64,000 nt of DNA, from NCBI GenBank assembly GCA_963706575.1, contig CAVPNL010000005.1, forward strand, positions 192,001 to 256,000, given 5' to 3'. Within the stretch, counting starts at the first letter, position 1; each line of letters begins with the position of its first letter. The notes under the pieces were generated by a model. It had not been told where the DNA came from and ran no database searches. It saw only the letters and a program-made list of their open reading frames with translations. A program made the translations under genes and the position numbers. Below, one piece after another: positions 9,025-19,889 of this stretch. The DNA comes from an uncultured delta proteobacterium. Its GTDB lineage: Bacteria; Desulfobacterota; Desulfobacteria; Desulfobacterales; JAHEIW01.

Positions 9025-9882
9025 ATGGTTACCACAAAGCCGGTTGACACCCAGGAACCTACGATTACCCGTAAAGAAATTCTTTTTCTGCAGGATGAAA
9101 ATTTTAACAGCAAAAATGTATGCGTGGTTACCGGTGCCGGTACCGGGATTGGGCGGGCGACAGCCGTTGCCACAGCTGCCAATAATTTAATGACGGTGGG
9201 GCTGGATATCAACGCCGAAGAGGGGCATAAAACCTGTAAAATAGTTGATGAAATCGGGGGCAAGATGGTCTTCATCAAAACTGATCTGACCAAAGATGAT
9301 GACCTTGAAAATGCCATCCAGCAAGCGGCCAAGCTGGGCACCATCAAATACCTGGCCAACATTGCCGGGGTGCAACACATTGATTCGGTGGATAATTTTC
9401 CCATGGAAAAATACGATTTGATGCAACGCCTGATGCTCAGAGCCCCATTTTATCTTTCCAAACTGGCCATTCCCCATATGAGAAGCAGCAGCGACGGGAT
9501 CGGCGTTATCGGCAATATGGCGTCGGTCCATGCCCATATCTGCACCAAGAATAAGCCGGTTTACAATATTACGAAATTCGGCTTGAAAGCATTGAGCCAG
9601 TCCATTTCAGCGGAAGGAGAGGGTAATATCCGTTCTTTTACGTTGAGCACGGGCTTTGTCAAAACGCCGCTGGCGTTGAATCAGATTGCCGCCCAGGCCG
9701 AGCAGCGCGGCATTACACCCGAAGAAGTCGTCACGGATGTGATGATGGGCAAATCACGTATCAAGGAGATGATGTCGCCGATCGAAGTCGGCAATCTGTT
9801 TGTTTTCGGGTTTTCAAGATTTGCCAGATATCTTATCGGCGGGGATATGCTGTTTGATGGGGGCATGGTTTTGACCTATTAA
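9025..9882 (+). CDS. SDR oxidoreductase, D-3-hydroxybutyrate dehydrogenase-like
   Basis: TGAGTGIG, AGVQH, MASVH and KPVYNITK (YxxxK) motifs. Confidence 0.85.
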   Translation: MVTTKPVDTQEPTITRKEILFLQDENFNSKNVCVVTGAGTGIGRATAVATAANNLMTVGLDINAEEGHKTCKIVDEIGGKMVFIKTDLTKDDDLENAIQQAAKLGTIKYLANIAGVQHIDSVDNFPMEKYDLMQRLMLRAPFYLSKLAIPHMRSSSDGIGVIGNMASVHAHICTKNKPVYNITKFGLKALSQSISAEGEGNIRSFTLSTGFVKTPLALNQIAAQAEQRGITPEEVVTDVMMGKSRIKEMMSPIEVGNLFVFGFSRFARYLIGGDMLFDGGMVLTY

Positions 9883-10231
9883 TCCATCCAGATTTGTCGC
9901 GTTTAGATGATTGTTAATCTTCACCAGCGGCTCCGATTGCATTCTTAGAATATATCATAGCTGAATATTATTTAAGAATAAAACTGAATTTAGAAGGTAA
10001 TGTCCAATCAATATTTAGTCTTGACAATACGTGAGCGGATTGAGATTAGTAAGGATGCCAAAATCATCCGTTTGAAAGCATTTTGTTATCATACATGATG
10101 ACAGATAAAAGTCTCGTCTTGCGACATAATAAGTGTTGGTTAAACTTAGACACAAGGAAGGAGGTGAGAAGAGGCGTCGCGAATAGGGTCGGAGGATTAA
10201 AGGGATAAACCTTACACATACGGAGGAAAAA

Positions 10232-11357
10232 ATGAAAAAAATAGCATTTTTCCTTTTTATCGCAAGTCTTGCCGTGGTTTTTGCACTCGGCTCCACAGCT
10301 CTGGCGGCCGAAAAAGTCAAATGGCGCATGGGCAGCACCTGGACACCCGCCATCAATCTCTACCATGGCGACCACGCCATGATCCAGTACGTGAAAGAAA
10401 TGACCAATGGCGATTTTGATATCAAATGGTTTCCGTCCGGATCCCTGATGGGGGCTTTTGAGTACTTCGATGCCTGCAGTAAAGGCGTTGTGGAGGCTGT
10501 CGGGGATTGGCCCAGTTACTGGGTGAGCAAGGATCCGGCCTTTGATTTCCTCGGTTCCATGCCGTACGGTTTTACCAACATGGATTACATGACCTGGTAT
10601 TATCAGTTCGGCGGTGAGGCCCTCTACAATGAGGCTTACGGAAAATTCGGCATGCGTTATCTCAATCTGGGATCAACGACCTCTGAGTCCGGATTCCGGA
10701 CGACCGAAAAGACCGGGCCCATCAGATCCATCGCGGACTACAAAGGCAAAAAGGTTAGAACCCCGGCGCGGGCCACCATCTGGATTCTGGAGCAACTTGG
10801 CGGCACACCGGTTAAGATGCCCGGCGGTGAGATCTATCTGGCGGTGGAAAGAGGCACCCTGGATGGGGCCGAGTTCAGCGCACCCGGTATTGACTGGGAG
10901 ATGGGCTTTGCCGAGATCACCAAGTACTGGAGCGTGCCCTGCTGGTTTCAGCCGGCATCTCAGGTCGGTGTCATGATTAATGAAAAAGCCTGGCAGAAGC
11001 TCTCCCCGCAATACCAGGCCATCCTGAGAACTGCCGCCAGGGCGGCGGCCATGGAAAGTCTGACTTTTTACGAGGCCGACTCCGGCAGAGCCATTGAGAA
11101 ATTTATCGCTAAAGGGCACCGAGATCGTCAAACTGGATGATGCCAGCCTGGAAAAGCTGGATGAGCTGTCGGGCGAATACATCATCATGTCGGCCAAGGA
11201 GCGCGGCGGGCTTTTTGCCAAGATCCTGAAATCCCAGATGTTATACCTCAATGAATATAAGGACTGGCGCGATATGACCGGCAAATTCGGTTTTGGGTTC
11301 CATCCCTCTTATGTGGATAAGGTGTTGGCAGAGCTGGATAAAATGGGTGTTCAATAG
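10232..11357 (+). CDS. dctP: TRAP transporter substrate-binding protein (TakP-like); indel near 11113
   Basis: Signal peptide; PGGEIYLAVERGTLDGAEF motif; ORFs 10232-11140 and 11094-11357 join by removing one G. Confidence 0.9.
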
Positions 11358-11364
11358 GCTTAAG

Positions 11365-11403
11365 AGAGACCTTTGGAGACAATTCTTCAAAGGTCTCTTT
11401 TTT
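11365..11403 (+). terminator. Rho-independent terminator or mRNA-stabilising hairpin after dctP
   Basis: AGAGACCTTTG / CAAAGGTCTCT stem followed by a T run. Confidence 0.75.
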
Positions 11404-11470
11404 CAATGTCGAGTGGGTACCGCATTCGGGCTTGACGTAAAAATTTACAGCTAAATTCAAGGTATTTCAG

Positions 11471-11979
11471 ATGCAGCTGAAAACGATTTTAAAAGGTTTC
11501 GACGGGATCAGCGAATGGTCCGGCAGGATTTTTGTCTGGTTGATCATTCCGCTGACCGTTGTGGTGGTTTTTGAGGTAATTTCCCGCAGAGTCTTTAACG
11601 CGCCGCACATCTGGGCGACTGAGGTGACCAACTACCTTTACGGCCCCCACTTTATGCTGGTGGCGGCCTATACGCTTTTGTATAAATCGCACGTCAGCAT
11701 CGACATCATTTACGGTCGCTATTCGCCGCGCACCCGGGGCATTCTGGACATTTTTACCTATCTGGTTTTTTTCTTTCCATTTTGCATTATCGTTTTCTAT
11801 CAGGGCATTGTGTTTGCCCAGACATCCTGGTCCATCGGTGAGACCAGCGAGTCGGCCGCCCTGAGAATTGTTCCCTTAATTAAAACCGTCATTCCGTTAC
11901 GTTTGGATTGCTGTTGATCCAGGGATTGGCCAATTTTATACGCAGTATTATGCTCGTCGTCAGGGGAAAAGAAATATGA
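11471..11979 (+). CDS. dctQ: TRAP small permease; indel near 11895
   Basis: Four-TM profile and HVSIDIIY motif; corrected frame ends at a TGA overlapping the dctM ATG. Confidence 0.88.
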
Positions 11980-13302
11980 GTCCGGAATTTATCACCATCG
12001 GTATGTTTGTGGGGCTTTTAATCGGCCTTTTTTTAGGCCACCCGCTGGCCTTCGTCCTTGGCGGTCTGGCGGTGATATTCGGTTATTTTGGTGACTGGGG
12101 CACGCGCCAGTTTTTACATGTTTTTAAACCGGACCTGGGGCATCATGGACAATTATATCCTGGTATGCATCCCGCTGTTTATCTTTATGGCGCAGATGCT
12201 GGATCAATCCGGTGTGGCCGAAGATCTCTTTGATACCATGCGCTACCTGTTTGGCCCCATCCGCGGGGGAATTGCCGTTGCGGTGGTGGTGGTTTCGACA
12301 TTATTCGGTGCTTGTACGGGGATCATCGGCGCGTCGGTCGTCACCATGGGTCTTTTGAGCATGCCGGTGATGCTCAAATATAATTACAATAAACGACTGG
12401 CATCCGGAGCGGTTTGCGCCGGGGGCACGCTGGGGATTCTGATTCCCCCCAGTATTATGCTGGTGGTTATGGCGGACCAGGCCGCCACATCGGTGGGCAA
12501 GCTTTTTGCCGGTGCGATTATTCCCGGACTGATTCTGTCGGGTCTGTATATCGGCTACATTTTGATTCGTTGTGGGTTCAAACCCCATGAGGGGCCGCCC
12601 CTGAGCAAAGAAGAGCGACAGGCGATCACCAAGTTTCAGCTGCTCAAAATGGTGCTGAAATCGATGGTGCCGCCCATGATTCTGATTCTGGGTGTCCTGG
12701 GCTCCATCTTTGCCGGCATTGCCACCCCGACTGAAGCCGCCGGAGTGGGCGCTTTGCTGGCCTTTATCATGACCGTGGCTTACGGCAAGTTCACCTTTGA
12801 AAACCTTAAAACAGCCGTCATCAATACCGCCAAAACCACCTCCATGGTGATCCTCATTTTGGTGGGGGCGGCCTGTTTTGCCAGTATTTTTCTGGGTTCC
12901 GGCGGCGGGGAGGTCGTCCAGGATTTTATTCTGGGAATCGGTTTCGGCAAATGGGGCACGTTTATCGTCATGATGATTATCCTCTTTTTTCTGGGGATGT
13001 TCATCGACTGGATCGGCATCATCATGATCACCTTTCCGGTTTTTTTGCCGATCGCGCAAGAACTGGGATTTGACAAGGTCTGGTTTGTGGTCACCATGGC
13101 CGTGATGCTGCAGGACTCTTTTTTAACGCCACCCTTTGGTTATGCCTTGTTTTACCTGAAAGGCGTCGCACCACCGGAAGTGAAAACATCAGATATTTAC
13201 TGGGGCGCCTTTCCCTTCTGGCGGCTGATGGAAGTCGGCCTGATCATTGTTGTGGTGTGGCCATCCACCATCACCTGGCTGGCGAATATATTGGTGAAGT
13301 AG
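11976..13302 (+). CDS. dctM: TRAP large permease; indel near 12100
   Basis: GGTLGILIPPS, ATPTEAA and FLTPPFG motifs. Confidence 0.92.
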
Positions 13303-13361
13303 CAATCCTGAGGTTTAAATGTAACTTGTTCTAACGACTTGTAAAAAATTAAGCAGAACTT

Positions 13362-13500
13362 AATTCGTAAATCCGAAGCACGAAATCCGAAATTCGAAAC
13401 AAATTCTAAATCTCAAATTCCAATGATCAAAACAGGTTTTGAATTTTTGTCATTCGATATTCGAATTTGTTTCGGATTTCTTGTTTCGGATTTCGATTTT
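13362..13500. repeat. Inverted heptamer array (AAATCCG-like / CGGATTT-like)
   Basis: AAATCCG AAGCACG AAATCCG AAATTCG on the left arm; complementary units on the right arm. Confidence 0.8.
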
Positions 13501-13571
13501 TTAAAATTTGTATCTGTCGAGATAAAAGCACAGCGAGAATAATTAGGAGGAAAAAAGAAAGGAAGACGACC

Positions 13572-15217
13572 GTGCTAAAGCCTGGCAAAAGCTATAAGGA
13601 GGTCTACAATTCTTTCTGCTGGGAGATCCCGCAGCACTATAACATCGGGGTGGATATTTGTGACAAATGGGCCCGGCAATCCGATCGTCTGGCCCTGATT
13701 TATGAAAATGAAAGCGGCCAGTGTCGAAAAATACACCTTTGCTGATCTAAAGGGGTTATCCAACCGGATGGCGAACGGCCTTAAGGCCAACGGCATCGAG
13801 CAGGGTGACCGCTTTGGGATCCTGCTGCCACAGTGTCCCGAAACGGCCATCAGTCATATTGCCGCTTACAAGCTCGGCGCCATCGCCATTCCGCTTTTCA
13901 CACTTTTCGGCACCGATGCCCTCGAGTATCGTCTGTCCAACAGCGAAGCCAAAGGCATCGTCACCGATAGCGCCAATCTGCCGAAGATCATGCAAATTCG
14001 GCAGAACCTGCCGGATCTGGAAGTGGTGATCGTCACCCGCGGTGAAAAAGGGGATAACGTTCTGGATTTCGGCAAGCTGATCGAAAAAGGATCTGCCGAT
14101 TTTAGATCCGGTTAAAACCAAAGCTGACGATCCGGCCCTGATTATTTACACATCGGGGACCACCGGCCCGCCTAAAGGCGCGCTGCATGCCCACCGGGTG
14201 TTACTGGGGCATTTGCCGGGTGTGGAGTTTCCGCACAATTTTTTCCCTCAAGAAAATGATTTCTTCTGGACACCGGCGGATTGGGCCTGGATCGGCGGCC
14301 TGATCGATGTGCTTTTTCCCAGCTGGCACCATGGTATTCCGGTTCTGGCGCACCGCGCCAAGAAATTTGACCCGGAAGAAGCCTTCCACCTGATTGCCAG
14401 ATACAAAATCCGCAATGCGTTTATGCCGCCGACCGCTTTGAAACTGATGCGTCAGGTTAAAGATCCCCGCAGCCGCCACAAATTTGAAATGCGGAGTATC
14501 GGCAGCGGCGGTGAAACATTGGGTGAAGAGCTTCTGGATTGGGGCAAAGATGTGTTTAATTTGAACATCAATGAATTCTACGGGCAGACCGAGGCGAATC
14601 TGGTGGTAGGCAATTGTGCAACGGTCATGACCAATTTGCCCGGTTCCATGGGCCGAGCCGTTCCCGGGCACACCGTCGCGGTGGTAGATGATTCGGGTCA
14701 ACCCCTGCCGACGGGAACCGCAGGTGAGGTTGCCATCAGGCGTCCCGACCCGGTCATGTTCTTGGAATACTGGAAGAATCCGAAGGCCACCGCTGATAAA
14801 TATGTGGGCGATTGGTGCCTGACGGGCGATCTGGCCAAACAGGATGATGAAGGGTATTTTTGGTTCGTCGGCCGCAAGGATGATGTCATTACCAGTGCCG
14901 GCTATCGCATCGGGCCGGCCGAAATTGAAGACTGCATCATGAAACATCCGGCCGTGGGTATGGTGGCGGTTGTCGGCAGCCCGGATGAAGTGCGTACCGA
15001 AATCGTAAAAGCCTTTATTGTCCTCAAGGCTGATGTTGCTGCGGGTGACGAGGTGGCTGCGGATATAAAGCAGTTTGTCAAAGTCAGACTGGCAGCCCAT
15101 GAGTACCCGCGGGAAATTGAATTCGTCGACGAACTGCCAATGACCGCCACCGGGAAAATCATGCGCAAGGATTTAAAAGCGCTGGAGCGTGAACGCAAGA
15201 TGAAGAAAAAGTTATGA
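13572..15217 (+). CDS. Acyl-CoA synthetase (AMP-forming, short/medium chain); indels near 13720 and 14110
   Basis: YTSGTTGPPKG, YGQTE, TGD, GRKDD and TGKIMR motifs across three frames; GTG start at 13572. Confidence 0.88.
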
Positions 15218-15241
15218 TCTGGAACGGACGAATTTGAGAAG

Positions 15242-15320
15242 CCTCACGCTAAGCCGCAAAGATCGCAAAGAAAAACCATAGAAAAGTATAATCTAAAAAT
15301 CTTTGCGCCTTTGCGTGAGG
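15242..15320. repeat. Inverted array of CGCAAAG-based units between convergent genes
   Basis: CCTCACGCTAAGCCGCAAAGATCGCAAAG ... CTTTGCGCCTTTGCGTGAGG. Confidence 0.7.
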
Positions 15321-15338
15321 TAAATATGTAGAAAGAAG

Positions 15339-15833
15339 CTAATCTTCCTCCGGTAGGCGTATGACTAAAACCGGCGTCTTACAGCGCCTGAGCACCCGTC
15401 GCGACACGCTTCCCATCAATGTATCTGCCAGAACGCCGTGGCCGTGGGCACCCATAACGACCATATCATAGCTGTTGTTTTCAACTTCCAGCAAAATTTC
15501 GTCTACCGGGTTACCGATTTTGACCATAATATTGTCGGTGATAAACGGACATGACGGAAGATCCGCCTGCACATCATCACAGAACTTCGTGAGCCTGGAT
15601 TTGATGGTATCAAGAACCTCTTTTTCATTACGCCCCCGCAGCTCCTCCCACTTATCTTCTCCGATGATGTTAATCACCAGGCTGTCGGTTGTGGGAGAGA
15701 TATCTTCTAAAACGTGAAAGATGGTGACGCCGGCGTCGTATCGATTGGCCAGGCTGGCCGCATAACCAAACGCATAACGGGCGTTTTCTGAAAGATCTGT
15801 CGTGTAGAGAATTTTGTTTATTGCAGGTATCAT
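15339..15833 (-). CDS. Universal stress protein (UspA family)
   Basis: KILYTTDLS, GNPVDEIL and VMGAHG...MGSVSRRV motifs. Confidence 0.93.
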   Translation of the reverse strand: MIPAINKILYTTDLSENARYAFGYAASLANRYDAGVTIFHVLEDISPTTDSLVINIIGEDKWEELRGRNEKEVLDTIKSRLTKFCDDVQADLPSCPFITDNIMVKIGNPVDEILLEVENNSYDMVVMGAHGHGVLADTLMGSVSRRVLRRCKTPVLVIRLPEED

Positions 15834-16003
15834 TTTTTCCTCCGGGGCTATGTCTGCACCATCCGTTCGGCAGACCTGATGGGGGTTGCATTATCTTAGA
15901 GATTACCTGAATTTTGTACCTAAATAACCATTTGCAAAATTCAGGTATTAAGATAAAAGATAAACTGGAATATAATGATAACTTTAAACGGGTTCAAGTT
16001 AAA

Positions 16004-16306
16004 ATGTCTGAAACAACGGAACTGATATTAGGTATCGCTGCCCTCATAGCCGTCATTACCCTTACGAGAAGGTATCACGCCTGGCGAATTAAACGGGCTT
16101 ACATTTTCATCATCGATGATCTTAAAAAAAACGGTGCGTATAGTGCCCATTCTGCTGTGGACCTGCCTTATGCCAAAAGAAATCTGTTAAAAATGGGCCT
16201 GCGGCAGCACCATCCCCAGGCCCTTGACCATCTCATCATGGAAAATATTGTCGGCAAAACCGAAGACGAACGCTATTACCTCGTTCAGGAAAATGTCGGC
16301 CTATAA
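16004..16306 (+). CDS. Small hypothetical membrane-anchored protein
   Basis: 100-aa ORF with N-terminal TM segment; hairpin overlapping the stop at 16290-16317. Confidence 0.6.
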   Translation: MSETTELILGIAALIAVITLTRRYHAWRIKRAYIFIIDDLKKNGAYSAHSAVDLPYAKRNLLKMGLRQHHPQALDHLIMENIVGKTEDERYYLVQENVGL

Positions 16307-16483
16307 GCCGACATTTTGTTATTCGTTATTTGTTATTTGAAAAAATCCTGTATGAATTTTTTTACTCTTTTTAATTACCGCGGATGATTGGAGGTTAATT
16401 TCTCATTTTAAAATGATGAAAATATCCGCAGATAATCCAATAGCCAATAACGTAAAACGAAAACGGGCCTATTGGCCCGTTTT

Positions 16484-17761
16484 CTACCACAGGGTGAGTG
16501 AATCTAAAAACAGCTGCTTCAAATCCTCAGCGCTCGCCGGCCGCGGGGATAATTTGGTCACCCGGTGCTGAGGCAATGTTCCCTCCACCAGTTTATCAAC
16601 ATCATCCGGCCCATAACCCACGGCGCTGAGCCCGTTGGGCATTCCCACCTTACGCATGATCTCTAAAATGGCGTCGGCCAGGAGTGGACCGGCGTCTTCA
16701 GGTGAGGCACCGGTAATATCTTTGCCCATCAGTCCGGCGGCGTTCAGATGCTGAGCAGGATTCGCCGAAGCCGTAAATCGAAAAACCGCCGGCGCGTTCA
16801 AGACGACTGCCATCCCGTGGGGAACCAGCGGGTGATCCGGCGGATACCCCTCGGGCACATAATCGCGCACCATTCCCGATACGGGATACGACATGCCGTG
16901 AGGCAGATGACATCCGGCGTTTCCAAAGCCGATGCCGGCATAGGTGGCTGCCAGCATCACTTCTCCGCGGGCCTCATCATCGGAAGGATCTTCAATGACC
17001 CGAATCAGGTACTGGGAGATCATTTCAATGGCCCGGGAAGCCCAGATGTCGGAGATGGGATTGGAGCCTTGATATGCGGGGCGCATCCCGGGATGATCGG
17101 GAGCCGGCCGCTGGTTGTAAGGCAGCGCGGTCATGGCTTCCAGCGCGTGGGTCAGTTGATCCAACCCGGTGCAGGCGGCAATCATTTTGGGAAGCGCCCG
17201 GGTATTATTGGGATCGACAATGCCTTTTATCGGCCGCAGCGCGCGGTGCGCAATTCCGGTTTTGGCGTGCATTTCCAGATAATCAAAAATGGCCACGCCG
17301 GTCGTTTCACTACCGGTACCGGCCGTTGTCGGGACCGCTACCAGCGGTTTTAAGGGCCCGGGGACGGGTTCGCCTTTGCCGACCGGCGGATTCACGTAGG
17401 CCATAAAATCTGCCGGATAGGTCGCATACAGGTTGGCGGCCTTGGCGGTGTCCATGCTGGACCCCCCGCCGACCGCGACAAAGCCGTCGAAATTGCCGTC
17501 TTCGGCAAACTGAATGGCCTCTTTAAAAGAAATATCCGTTGGTTCCACACTGGCCTGGTCATATAACACGGCATCGATGCCATGTTTGTTTAAAGCGTCA
17601 AGCGTCACGGCAACCGGCTCCTCATCTGCCAGATGGGGATCAGTGACGACCATCACCCGTCTGGCACCTTGTTCTTCCATGTCCCATCCGACCTCGCGCG
17701 TAACGCCTGGCCCGTACTTGATACTGGATGTATCCATCGAGAATGCTGTTTCTAGTGTCAT
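16484..17761 (-). CDS. Hydroxyacid-oxoacid transhydrogenase (Fe-ADH family, ADHFE1-like)
   Basis: GGGSSMD, PTTAGTGSE, KTGIAHRALRP, RPAYQGSNPISD, GCHLPHGMSYP and VPHG motifs; RBS before ATG at 17761. Confidence 0.9.
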   Translation of the reverse strand: MTLETAFSMDTSSIKYGPGVTREVGWDMEEQGARRVMVVTDPHLADEEPVAVTLDALNKHGIDAVLYDQASVEPTDISFKEAIQFAEDGNFDGFVAVGGGSSMDTAKAANLYATYPADFMAYVNPPVGKGEPVPGPLKPLVAVPTTAGTGSETTGVAIFDYLEMHAKTGIAHRALRPIKGIVDPNNTRALPKMIAACTGLDQLTHALEAMTALPYNQRPAPDHPGMRPAYQGSNPISDIWASRAIEMISQYLIRVIEDPSDDEARGEVMLAATYAGIGFGNAGCHLPHGMSYPVSGMVRDYVPEGYPPDHPLVPHGMAVVLNAPAVFRFTASANPAQHLNAAGLMGKDITGASPEDAGPLLADAILEIMRKVGMPNGLSAVGYGPDDVDKLVEGTLPQHRVTKLSPRPASAEDLKQLFLDSLTLW

Positions 17762-17797
17762 GATTCTTATCCTCCATTGTTCAAAATTATTTTTCAA

Positions 17798-17859
17798 ATC
17801 GCGTCTGGAGGCCGCTCCCACATCAAATGAATTCGGTGGGAGCGGCCTCCAGCCGCGAT
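17798..17859. repeat. GTGG/GTAG-class REP doublet
   Basis: 17798-17821 is the reverse complement of GTGGGAGCGGCCTCCAGCCGCGAT (17836-17859), 23/24 match. Confidence 0.85.
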
Positions 17860-17884
17860 AAATTTCAACAACTGCGCAGGCAGG

Positions 17885-18526
17885 CTATTGAAGATCGATG
17901 AAACTCCTGGCGATCGTCACCGCTTCGGCGGCGTCTTCCCCGTAGGCGTCGGCTCCGATTCTTTCTGCAAAATCTGCATCTACCGGTGCGCCGCCGATCA
18001 TCACTTTCACCTTTTTACGGATACCCCTGTCTTGCAGCAGATTGATCACATTCTCCATCTCCGGCATGGTGGTGGTGAGCAGGGCCGATAAACCCAGGAC
18101 CTGTGGTTGAATCTCGTTGACTTTATCGATTAGCTTCTCAACCGTAACGTCGACACCCAGGTCGATAACCTCCAAGCCGGCGCCCTCCAACATCATGGCC
18201 ACCAGATTTTTTCCAATGTCGTGCAGGTCACCCTTGACCGTGCACAAAACGACCTTTCCCTTGCTTTGTTCTTCATCTTCTTTTAACAAGGGTTTGATAA
18301 TATCCAGCCCCTTTTTCATCGTCACGGCGGAGACCAGCATTTCCGGCACAAAAATTTCACTCTTGGCAAAGCGATCACCCACCACATCCATGGCGGCAAT
18401 TAAGGCCCGGTTGATGAGGTCATCCAGGTTGGCTTTTTCCTGAATTGCTTTTTGCACAAGGGCTTCGATCTCCTTATGCTTGCCGGCGATCACGGTATTT
18501 TTGATTTCTTCAAGCAATTTTTCCAT
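17885..18526 (-). CDS. Methyltransferase-associated corrinoid protein (MtbC/MttC-like)
   Basis: GDLHDIGKN (DxHxxG), SALLTTT and IGGAP motifs; N-terminal cap domain. Confidence 0.93.
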   Translation of the reverse strand: MEKLLEEIKNTVIAGKHKEIEALVQKAIQEKANLDDLINRALIAAMDVVGDRFAKSEIFVPEMLVSAVTMKKGLDIIKPLLKEDEEQSKGKVVLCTVKGDLHDIGKNLVAMMLEGAGLEVIDLGVDVTVEKLIDKVNEIQPQVLGLSALLTTTMPEMENVINLLQDRGIRKKVKVMIGGAPVDADFAERIGADAYGEDAAEAVTIARSFIDLQ

Positions 18527-18657
18527 TTGATTTTTTCCTTGTTAATTTTTTACCGCAAAGCTGCAGAGGGCGCAGAGCCTTTAATTTTAAAAAAAACGCT
18601 GCGATCTCTGCGTCTCTAACGAATTCAGTGGGTGGGCGGTGAGAGATAACCAACCCG

Positions 18658-19668
18658 CTAATACCCCTCGTGGGCGGCTTCTACGATAGCTTTCAAGTTC
18701 TCCAATGGGGTCGACAGCGGAATTGCGCATTCCGGGCCGATGATGTTGATGCCGGCCTCAACGGCATAACGCACCTGCTGGTGAACATCTTCAGGAGTTC
18801 CCTGATAAAGCACCTGGGGGTTATTGACGTTTCCTACCAACGATACCTGTTGCCCGATTTTTTCCACTGCCATTTTGGCATCGACCTGCCATTCCATATG
18901 ATAGGCATCCACACCGGATTGGGCGAAATATTCCAAGCGGTCGGAGCAGTCGCCGCACACATGCAGGATCAACGGGCCTTCAATTTGGGCAGTAACTTCC
19001 TGATGGATCGGAAGCAAAAGTTCCTTGTAATGATAGGGACCCACCAGGTTCCCGGTGACATGGTCTGCCATAACGACGATATCGGCCCCCGCCTGGAATT
19101 GAGCCTGCGCAAAGGCAATGGTTACCGGCATCAACTGTCTTAGCAGTTTTGTCACTTTTTCGGTTTCTCCCATGCCGATTTGGAGCAGAAAATTCTGAGT
19201 GCCGGCCATGTGATAGGACAGCGTCCAGGGGCCCATCACTTTGCCGACTATGGCTACTTTTCCACCCACCTGGCGCCGCAGAATCGACAACGCTTCCAGG
19301 ACAACCTTCATGGATGGTTTTTCCAGAAGGTGATCCGGCACCACCACATCTGAAAAATCTTCATAAGGAAAATTTTTATTGTCCGGCATGCGGTCCCGAT
19401 TCCCCCAGTCCACCATGCATCCTAAAGCCGCGCCTTCCTGCTGCACACTGTATTCCGGCATGACGGTATCAAAGCCCAAAATCTCATGGCCGGCCAGGGC
19501 CAAATCGGCCATGGCATTGGCATCCAGATGCGCATCCGGAAATGAAACTCCGGCGGCATCCATGAGACCATGACAAACAATGGAGGTGGGATTTCCCACC
19601 GGTGGCCGTTCGCCTTTGCGACCGTTGAACATGGCCGACATCACCAGGTTGTAAGAAGATGATTTCAT
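18658..19668 (-). CDS. MtaA/CmuA family (URO-D fold) zinc methyltransferase
   Basis: LHVCG (HxC) and GPECAIP zinc ligands; GPWTL; TPLENLKA. Confidence 0.88.
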   Translation of the reverse strand: MKSSSYNLVMSAMFNGRKGERPPVGNPTSIVCHGLMDAAGVSFPDAHLDANAMADLALAGHEILGFDTVMPEYSVQQEGAALGCMVDWGNRDRMPDNKNFPYEDFSDVVVPDHLLEKPSMKVVLEALSILRRQVGGKVAIVGKVMGPWTLSYHMAGTQNFLLQIGMGETEKVTKLLRQLMPVTIAFAQAQFQAGADIVVMADHVTGNLVGPYHYKELLLPIHQEVTAQIEGPLILHVCGDCSDRLEYFAQSGVDAYHMEWQVDAKMAVEKIGQQVSLVGNVNNPQVLYQGTPEDVHQQVRYAVEAGINIIGPECAIPLSTPLENLKAIVEAAHEGY

Positions 19669-19692
19669 GTTTAGAACCTCCAATTCAAAAAT

Positions 19693-19832
19693 CAGGTGTC
19701 AGGTGTCGGGTGTCAGGTTTCAGAAAACAAAGGTCAGACGACAGACGGCAGATAAAAAAAATTGAAGATGAAGCACCCGATCTGTCCCCTGTCATCTTTT
19801 TACTGACACCCGACACCTGACACCTGAAACCT
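19693..19832. repeat. Nested inverted heptamer array (outer CAGGTGT, inner CAGACGA)
   Basis: CAGGTGT CAGGTGT CGGGTGT CAGGTTT ... CTGACAC CCGACAC CTGACAC CTGAAAC. Confidence 0.85.
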
Positions 19833-19889
19833 TACATCACCGCCCCGATATGCCACGGCACGAACTCGTAATCGCCAAAGCCTAAATTT

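Noticed and set aside
11094..11140. Programmed frameshift or Sec codon in dctP, rimK and other split genes
   Set aside because: No slippery site or SECIS context; the pattern matches homopolymer errors
19693..19832. Heptamer arrays as CRISPR arrays
   Set aside because: No repeat-spacer periodicity and no cas genes
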